64,000 nucleotides of DNA, taken from assembly GCA_963693365.1 (NCBI GenBank), contig CAVNZM010000001.1, positions 6,154,907 to 6,218,906 on the forward strand, in the 5' to 3' direction. Shown here piece by piece: positions 54,833-64,000 of this stretch. The notes beneath the pieces are model-generated. The model did no database searches and had not been told where the DNA came from. It saw nothing but the letters and a program-made list of their open reading frames with translations. The position numbers and the translations under genes were made by a program. The first letter of the stretch is position 1; each line of letters opens with the position of its first letter. Origin of the DNA: Amoebidium appalachense (lineage: Eukaryota; Protista; Ichthyosporea).

Positions 54833-55085
54833 CCTATCATTCACCCCACTAAGCTGTGTCTACCAAATTCATTTGGTCTTCATCACCCAGACTCCCACCT
54901 CAAACCCAACCTTCCACCAACAACACCAGCTGTCCCCCCCCCCCCCCCCCCCCCCCCCCCTCCTTCCCTTCCTCCCCACCCACCACCACCACCACCCTTC
55001 TCTCCCCATCCTCCCCCCCTCCCCCCCCACATACTCCCCTACCCCACGTTCCTCTCACGCCCAGCTCCCCCCTCGCTCCCCCCCC

Positions 55086-55122
<37 letters not shown>

Positions 55123-55510
55123 AAAAAAAAAAATTAAAAAATAACCCCAACCGTAGTACACACAAAAAAACATGTGATGTACAAGCTATCCACGATTTTC
55201 AACCCCCCCCCCCCCCCCCCCCCCCCCCGCCCGCCCCCCACCACCACCTCCCACTCACACCCCTTTCCCCCCTCCCCCACCCACCCCACCCTCCCCCCCC
55301 CCCCCCCCACACACACACCCTGTCCACCCCTCCCCACTCACTCACAGACACACACCTAAAAGAAGAAAAACTGAAGAAAGGTTTCTTACACAGTGGGGAA
55401 AAAGAGGAAACAGAATGTCTGCAAACTCTTCTTTCCCCATATCCAATACCCGGAACCAATACACGGTTCAAGACCCCCCCCTCCTCCCCCCCCCCCTCCC
55501 CCCCCCTCCC

Positions 55511-55541
<31 letters not shown>

Positions 55542-55722
55542 AAAAAAAAGACACGAAAGCCAAAAAACAAACGTATATAACTCACAACAAGCTGTTGTTT
55601 TACTCCATTCGGTGAAACAACTTTCACATTACCTTCACCAATCCGCCCCTAAGCATACACACACACACCTATCTCAACATTTCACCCGTTGTGTGCCTCG
55701 GGGGGGAGGGGCGGGAGGGAGA

Positions 55723-55757
<35 letters not shown>

Positions 55758-55938
55758 GAGGGAGGGAGGGAAGAGGGGGGGGGGGGGGGGGGGGGAGGGG
55801 GTGTTGGGGGGTTTTGGGGCTATGGGCACCACCACCGGAGGAGCCTGCTAGGTTTGGAGGACCCGGCAAAAATCCCGGCCATCTTTTTTATTTTGTTATT
55901 ATTAACATTATTTTTATTTTCCCCCTTTTTTTTTTTTT

Positions 55939-55984
<46 letters not shown>

Positions 55985-56478
55985 GGACCGTGGAATATAA
56001 GTCCTGGTTCAAACCCCTTCCCTTGGGGTCTTAAACCTCGTGCAATAAGAATTCGAGATCTCATAAGGTAAACCAATGGCAATTTAATGTTAAAATGACT
56101 GTTTTAAACCTGGCATGGTGGGGGGGGAGAACAAATCAAGACAATCGGAAGAGCAGCTACTTAGTATCGTAGTGATTTGCTGGCTGTTGCAAAATGAACC
56201 CGGGATGGGGCACTCAGATGATATATAATAAGAGGTCGATTTCTGATTGGCAGAAGCTCTGAGGAATATGGTGCCACCTGGGCCAATCAGAGATCATCCG
56301 GGTCGCTGGCCGGTGTGGGGGGCTCTAACGATGTGCGGGGAGCCAACAGAGCCAACACCATCGGTCACCTACCACAACAGAATCTACGTATTCGACAGAC
56401 TAGAAGTTATTTCAAGAATCTCCACAAATCAATCCAGACTCACACATACACACAGACATGCACATCACACTGTTGTAA

Positions 56479-56531
<53 letters not shown>

Positions 56532-57019
56532 GGTGTGTGTGCGTTTGTGTGTGCGTGTGTGTGCGTGGGTGTGTGTGTGTGTTTGTGTGTTTATATGTTT
56601 GTGTGTGTGTGTGTGCGTGCGTGTGCGTGTGCGTGTGCGTGTGCGTGTGCGTGTATGTATGTGTGGCGCGCGCGTGCGTGAAGTGTGTGTGTTTGTGTGG
56701 TCTGTGTGTGTGTGTGTGTGTGCATGTGTGTATGTTTTTGGCCAGAGGAGGGTAGGGGGGGGGGGGGGGGGATATTCCGTGTTATCTTACTCCGCCTGAC
56801 ACTACCTCGGACATATGCATGCCTAAACACACATTCAAATTTTCACATGCAATACAACACATATATACACATGATGCGTGCTTGTACACGTGCACATTTG
56901 CAGACGTAGACAAATCATCCGCGTGCATACATGCACACACATTGATAGATGCACACAGTTGCACAGAGGCACACCTGCGTGCATAGATGTACAAAAATGC
57001 ACGTAGCGTAGGAACACAC

Positions 57020-57320
57020 GCACACATGGTCACATTGCACACATGAACACATGCATGCACATGCACGCATGCATACGCATACACATGCCCACATTGCACA
57101 CATGCATACACATGCCCACATTGCACACATAAACACATGCATACACATGCACGCATGCATACGCATACACATGCCCACATTGCACACATGAACACATGCA
57201 TACGCATGCACACATTGCACACATGCCCACATTGCACACATACATACACATGCACACATGCAATCATACATGCACACACACACATGCACATGTATGCACC
57301 GATGCACACATACACACATG
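57020..57320 (+). repeat. Degenerate CA/CATG-rich minisatellite
   Basis: Recurrent CACATGCCCACATTGCACACATG units. Confidence 0.75.
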
Positions 57321-58423
57321 CCCCTTCAACGGCTCCCTTCACTCCTTTCCTTTTGCCCCCGGGGAGGGGAGGGGGGGGGAGAGGGAGGGGGAGGGAGGGA
57401 AGCCCCCCCCCCCCCCCCCTCACCCCCCCCCCCCCCCCCCAAAAACCTCCCCCCCCCCCCCCCCACCAACTCCCACCCCACCCTGGGGGTTTTCTATCAT
57501 ATCCTGTGTATGAAGAAGACTTGTGATTAACCGTTTGAGATTCATAAAAAACACTGACTGGATGACTGGAATTCACTTTTTGTTTTTTCTAGATCTGTTA
57601 CTAGGAGCAGTGGCCAGTGGGATGGGTGGGTGGAGGGTGGGGTTGGGGGGGGGGGGGGGGGGGGTTACGTACGGGGAAAGATTCCGGGGGGGGGGGGGGG
57701 GGGGGGGAGGGGGGGGGGGATGTGATGCTAGAAAGCACACCGAAGGGGAATTCCTCCCCAAAAGCAGTAATGGGTAAGGAAAACCGAAGGGAAAAATGCA
57801 GATTAGGCATAGGTATTGCGAACCTCTGGAAGTTCCGTCGGGGGGCAGTAAAAGTGATAATTAGCAATTCTGGTGTGCAACTCTACACAGGCGTGTGCAT
57901 GTAGCTGAGAAATTGGGGGGGGGGGGGAGGGGAAGGGGATATGGGGGGATGGGCTCATGGGGTGAGGGGGGGTGGGGGGGGGGGGAGGGTGTGAGAGTCG
58001 GAGAGGGGGGAGGAGGGGGAGGAGGGGGGGGGCGGGGGGTAAGGTAGGGAGGGGTTGGGGGGGGGGGGGGGGCCGAAGGGGGAGGGGAGGGAGGGGGGGG
58101 GGGGGGGGGTATTTGCCACACAACCGGCAAGAGAAAGTAACTAAATCCGATGGGAAGAATCCAAAATGATTCTCATTAGCAAAGACGATGGATGGTAATA
58201 TGTCGTTCCTTTCTGCTGCATTATTTTCATGGGCGCCACACAGGCTGGCGGAAAATGGTATGGCGGATTAACAAGGGCCGATTTGATTGGATGTGCCAGT
58301 TGGATAAAAGCGATTTGATTGTACACGCTGGAAATCGGCAAAAAGACTGTTGAATAACTCGTAGTAGGGTGGGGGGAGATGAGGGAGAGAAGGGTGAAGG
58401 GTGAAGGGGAGAGGAGGGGGGGG

Positions 58424-58461
<38 letters not shown>

Positions 58462-59441
58462 GAGGGGGGGGGAGGAGGGTGAGGTAGTGGGGGTTGAAAA
58501 TGGTTAGAGAGGACTCGAATGATACATGACTGTTGGATGTGATGGCTAGGCGAGTGTGGTAGATTGTGGTAGGTGGTGACGGTGTAAGTATTTAAAAAAA
58601 TTCTGATTCACCTAGGGCGAGATGGGGAGGTGGGGAGGGGAGGGGAGGGGGGAGGGGGGGGGAGGGGGGGGGGGGGGGGGGGGGGGAGGGGGGGGGGCGG
58701 ACGGGGGGGCATGGAAAAGAGGTCGTGTGTATGTGTGTGTGTGTTGGGTGGGAGAGGTGGGAGGAAGGGAGGGGGGGGGGGGGAGGAGGGGGAGGGAAGG
58801 GACTTGATGGGGGGACTAGAATGGGTGGGGTGGGGGTGGAAGGGGGGGGTGGAGGGGGGGGATGGGGGGGTGGAGGGGGGGAGGGGGGGGAGGGGGGAGG
58901 GGAGGGGACAGGGGGGAGGGCAAATAGGGGATTAAAACAAAGGACGTGCCATTGGGTGTGGGTTACATCATAGTTGGTTGGGGTCAACCAGGTTTCATAT
59001 TTTAACCATGGTCAATCGGTGGGATGTGGGTAATTGTGGATGAATAATTGTGGATGCGGTGCGTGTGTGTGTTTGTGTGTGTTGGGGGGAAGGGGGGGGA
59101 GAGGGGGGGGGGTAGGTGGGGGGAAGGGGAGGGGGGGAAGGGAGGCGGGTGATGGTGGGGGGGAGGGGGGGGAGGAAGAGAGACTGATGATAAGGCGGCA
59201 GGTGGAGGGAAAGGGAGATTGAGGCAGTTGGAGGCTTTGGAGAGGGGGGGGGGGGGGGGAGGGGGAGGGATGGGGGGGGGGGGGGGGGGGAGGAGTGTGA
59301 GAGTGAACGAGCTATGGCATAATAAACTATAGTGGCAAGGGGTGCACGGCTGAACGTGAAAAGCTAAGCTGAAACGTAGGTTTGGGTGGATGCCTTTGGG
59401 TGGATGCACGACTTATGTTGGCTTTGTGTGAGATGTGTGTG

Positions 59442-59570
<129 letters not shown>

Positions 59571-59603
59571 GGTGCGTGTGCGCGTGCGTGCGCGTGCACG
59601 TGT

Positions 59604-59634
<31 letters not shown>

Positions 59635-59703
59635 GGGGATGTGGGTGTTTGGGTGGGTGGGTGTGCGGGTGGGTGGGTGGGTGCATATGTGTGTATGTGT
59701 TTG

Positions 59704-59838
<135 letters not shown>

Positions 59839-59908
59839 TTGTGTGGGTGGGTGGGTGGGCATGTGGTTGCGTGGGTGGGTTTGTGAGTGTGTATATGTGT
59901 GGGTATGT

Positions 59909-60033
<125 letters not shown>

Positions 60034-60135
60034 TGTGTGTGTGTGTGTGTGTACGTGTGTGTGTGTACGTGTGCATGTATGTATGTATGTGTGAGTATGT
60101 ATGTAGGTGTGCGTGTTGGTGTACATGTGTGTGTG

Positions 60136-60201
<66 letters not shown>

Positions 60202-61540
60202 CGTCCGTGTGTGCATGTGGTGTGTGTGTGGGTTTGAACTTGTGTGTGTGTGTGCGTGTGTTTGTGTGTGTGTGTGTGCCCACTGCCTAGCGTTGCAGGT
60301 TTGCCCATGTGTGGGTGTGTGGCCTCGTGTGAGCATGTGTATTTGTGCTTGAAAATGGGTGTTGTATGTCGAGGCATGATATTTGGTATGTGTGTGTTAG
60401 GGTGTGGGTGCTTGGGCGCTTTCTTACATAGCATGGGAGTGCTAGAATTTGTCCAGGTCCCAGAGTGCACTTGTTTGTGCATGATATTGCATGGGTGCAA
60501 GAGTCTAGTAGACATTAACACCATAGGCCAGTTCGAAACCATGCGACCGTCCGTGATTGGCCGCACGAGTGGCCGTAAAATCAGAAAATGTTTGCCAATA
60601 GGCAACAAAATAAAACTTCAAAAATATAATTTTTGTGTGTTTTGAATGGCTCAGACAGTCTTGGGAGAAAACATGTATTAGAAGACTGAGTCAAAAGGGA
60701 CTATGTTTTGGCAAAACTGTAAGTCTTGCCACTCCCCCCCCCCCCATCCCACCCGGCCCCTTCCCCCCGCCCCCTGCCTCCCCACCCCCCTCCCCCCCCA
60801 CCCATTAAAGGGCAAAAAAAAAAAAAAAAAAAAAACTGACCCACCCACCCACCCATACACACACACAGCAACACTTTCCTGTAAATATGACAAAAAAAGT
60901 GCCACCTAGTGGCTTGTGGTTGCAAAGAAAATGGAGATAAATGTGTATAAAGGAGGGGGGCTTAGAAGCCCCCGACTCCGGAAAGCCGCGGGGGGGGGGG
61001 GGGGGGGGGGGGGGATCGGAGGGAGGAGAGGGGGGAGGCTTAACGAAAGAGACAAGTGAGAGAGTTGGCCACCTTGGGGAGACGAGATAGGCATGAGAGT
61101 ATTATTCAATGAAAAGAAGAAACAATCCGACTTGGTGTGCTTGGCCTTGGTGAAGTTGAAGAGCGAGAAAAGAAAAATGAACTCAGTGACACCCAATAAG
61201 GGGTCCCCGGGGGGGGGGGGGGGAGTGGGGGGGAAGTGGGTTAGGGAAGGAGCAGGGGGGTAAGGGGAGAGAGTGAGGGAGGGGGGGAGGGGGGGGAGGG
61301 GGGCAGGGGGGGGGGGGGGGGGGATGGTCGGGAGGGTCGAGAGCGATACGGAGACGTAGAAAAGTAGAAGAGTGTGTGGAGAAAAGCAGGAAGGTTGGTG
61401 ATCCGGTTGGATCGTAAGTAGAGTTAGGAGAAAGGGAGAGAAAGAACGAAAAAAATGTCCGCAGCGTGAGGTGTGACGTATGAGTTCAGGGGGGGGTGCA
61501 GGTATGCACTCGGAGTAGGACGGTTGTGCACTTGTGTGTG

Positions 61541-61730
61541 GTTCTGAGATTACATGTGAGTGTTCTGAGATTACATGTGAGTGTTCTGAGATTACATGTG
61601 AGTGTTCTGAGATTACATGTGAGTGTTCTGGGATTACATGTGAGTGTTCTGGGATTACATGTGAGTGTTCTGAGATTACATGTGAGTGTTCTGAGATTAC
61701 ATGTGAGTGTTCTGAGATTACATGTGAGTG
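61541..61730 (+). repeat. 21-bp minisatellite, 9 copies
   Basis: GTTCTG(A/G)GATTACATGTGAGT x9. Confidence 0.95.
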
Positions 61731-62070
61731 TGTTGTGCAGCTGGCATTGACATGCACACAAGATGGAACTCGTGTATCTGTATGTTTGCGGCACGTGTAC
61801 AAGGGCATGATGGGCGCGAGGGAGGGGGGGACAGGAGAGAGAATAGAGAAGGGGCGGGGAGGGGGGAGAGAGAGAGACAGGGAGAGGGGGGCGGAGGGAG
61901 GGAGGGAGGGAAGTAGGTAGGGAGGGAGGGAGGGAGGGAGGGGGAGAGAGGGGAGGGGGGAGAGAGAAAGAGACAGGGAGAGGGAGGGAGGAACAGAGAG
62001 AGAGAGTTGGGGGAGGGGGCAGGAGAGAGAAAGACAGACAGGGGGGGGGGGGGGAGAAGAGAGAGAGAGA

Positions 62071-62156
<86 letters not shown>

Positions 62157-62740
62157 TGTGTGTGTGTGTGTGAGAGAGAGATAGAGAGAGAGAGTGTGTG
62201 TGTGTGGGTGTGGGTGTGCTTGTGTGTGCGCTCGTGTGTGCGTGTGCATGTATGGATGGCCGCTTGGTAGGTGGGAGGCAAGGAGGTGGGAGGTGGGTAA
62301 GGAGACGGGGGGGGGGGGGGGGGGGGGGGGGGGGGATGGGGCAAGGGGGGCCGGAACTGGTGAGCAAAAAAGAGAGACAGATCCGTGGGGTCAGGGCGGG
62401 GATGCATGTGCAGGGCCGCACAGAAGAAGGGCCCACCTCGTCAATGAATCATTTTCAAACAAATTACTTCTTGATTTATTTACAACCCAGACCCCGGGTC
62501 TAGGAAATTTTACCAGACCGTTTCTGTTCTTATACCTAGAAATTCAAGCCATTTGTTTGGGACTTGATTTACACATATCTTCAGACAAGTTCAACCATCT
62601 GCATCCTTATGTAAGGACTGCTCACATATACAGGAAAAATTTTCTGACCAACTTACAATCTAACTGGTGTGGTTCTGCATCCAGGCAAATACATTGAAAT
62701 TATCATTTTTGGCAAAATGAAACATGAAATTTGGCCCAAT

Positions 62741-63159
62741 TTACTGGTTCTCGGGCATGAGCAGGTTTGAGACGGACTTGATGAGGGGGTGGTTCTCGGT
62801 CACAAACTCATCGAGATCCAGCGCCCAGAAAAATGCACCGCCCTGGGCTGTGGGGGGAGGGGGGGGTTAGAACAGAAAAATTATTATGAAATCAGTGCAA
62901 TTTCATAAAATATGTGCTTGTGCTACAAAGTTATATGAGGAGGCGTATAAACTGTTAGAGGGGGCCAAAAATGGAGGCCAAAAATGGAGGGCATAGAGGA
63001 ATGGGCAGACGAGAGGGAGCTCGGCAAAGTTTTGAAATGTTGGAGCCAATTAATAACTGGAACCATGAGACAAGGCCCTGGGGAAAACAAAGGTGAACCA
63101 CTGTGGTCCATTTTCTTTGTGTGTGCGGTGGGTTTTAAAGGAAGGGGAGGGGGGGGGGG

Positions 63160-63195
<36 letters not shown>

Positions 63196-64000
63196 GGGGG
63201 GATTAAACAAATCTTTAAGAGGGTAAAAGTAGGGGTTTGTGAAGGGGCGAGATGTTGTTGGCGACTCTTTGCAAAATTGCACTGGCGGGGTCCATACCGG
63301 GGCCGCTGGGGTCCTTGACGAGCAGGTCGACCTTCTCCTTGAGGGTCTGGGGGCTGTCGTAGCCGCACCAGCCGTGCTTGCCGTCGGCCGTCATCCACTG
63401 CACAATCTGCGTGCTTGTGACCGGATCGTACAGGCTCGTGCCCTGCCGGCCCAGCGCGCTGATCTCGTAGGCCGCCAGGAAGCCCTCCTCCTCGGTGACG
63501 CCGCCGTTATCGATGCCCTTGGGGGCCTTGAGCGTGGGGTGCTTGGCCGCATTGAGGTTGGTCTGCGTCAGCGGCAGCGTGCTGTCGTTGAGGTAGATGC
63601 AGCGCCCGTACGCCCCCAGCCCCAGCACGATCTTGCTGCTGGCCGCCCCCAGCTCCTTCCACGCCTGCACCCCGCGCTGCACCGAGAACATCTTGGGCTC
63701 GGTCTCGTTGTACTGCGCCAAGAACGGCGGCGGGGCCAGGGCCGTGTGGGGGCGGGCCACGGGCTCCCAAGCGCCGTACAGGTCGTAGGACATGACGAAG
63801 ATGTGGTCAAAGTGCGGCGCAATGGCCGGCACGTCGTAGGCGCTGGCAATGCCCTGGTGGCTGGCCCACACGGCCGTGGTGAACAGGATGGGCTGGCGCT
63901 TGGTGGCCCCGGCCTCGTCGGCAAACACGGCCCGGCACGTGCGCACCAGCTCCGTGTACTGGGCGCGCTGCTGGTCGCTGCCCGGGTAGCCGTCCTCGAC
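62741..64000 (-). CDS. GH18 family chitinase / chitinase-like protein, 3' part (5' end outside window)
   Basis: Exon >64000-63298: YDVPAIAPHFDHIFVMSYDLYGAWE, SKIVLGLGAYGR, EEEGFLAAYEI, WCGYDSPQTLKEKV. Intron gtatgg..cacag. Exon 62847-62741: AQGGAFFWALDLDEF...HPLIKSVSNLLMPENQ*. The catalytic DxDxE is outside the window. Confidence 0.92.

Noticed and set aside
60526-60651. Possible Harbinger-like MITE (GGCCAGTTCGAAAC...GTTTTGAATGGCT)
   Set aside because: TIR match is short and imperfect, with no TSD.
61541-61730. CRISPR-like regular repeat
   Set aside because: Head-to-tail 21-bp units with no spacers, no cas genes, and a eukaryotic context. It is a minisatellite.

Overview
Eukaryotic genomic DNA saturated with microsatellites and homopolymers. 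The gene content is compatible with a unicellular opisthokont, but the organism cannot be established from the sequence. Most ORFs in the supplied track are translations of simple repeats. Real content, left to right: (1) 5' part of a Ty3/Gypsy LTR retrotransposon on the minus strand (putative LTR/PBS, gag with CCHC knuckle, UGA-CGG readthrough into protease-RT-RNaseH pol, which runs off the window); (2) a multi-pass 7TM-like membrane protein gene (minus); (3) a 35-exon, ~1128-aa M16A insulysin-like metallopeptidase gene (plus, 10876-39817) with an unusual N-terminal membrane anchor; (4) an intronless, frameshifted PTP-like pseudophosphatase; (5) a cAMP-receptor-like GPCR gene; (6) the 3' end of a GH18 chitinase gene (minus). 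Several MITEs, minisatellites and a perfect hairpin are also present. The most striking signal is the intron architecture. Half of the M16 introns end in (CA)n running straight into the acceptor AG with no polypyrimidine tract, and most weak GT donors are followed closely by a poly(C) tract. This suggests microsatellite-defined splice sites.
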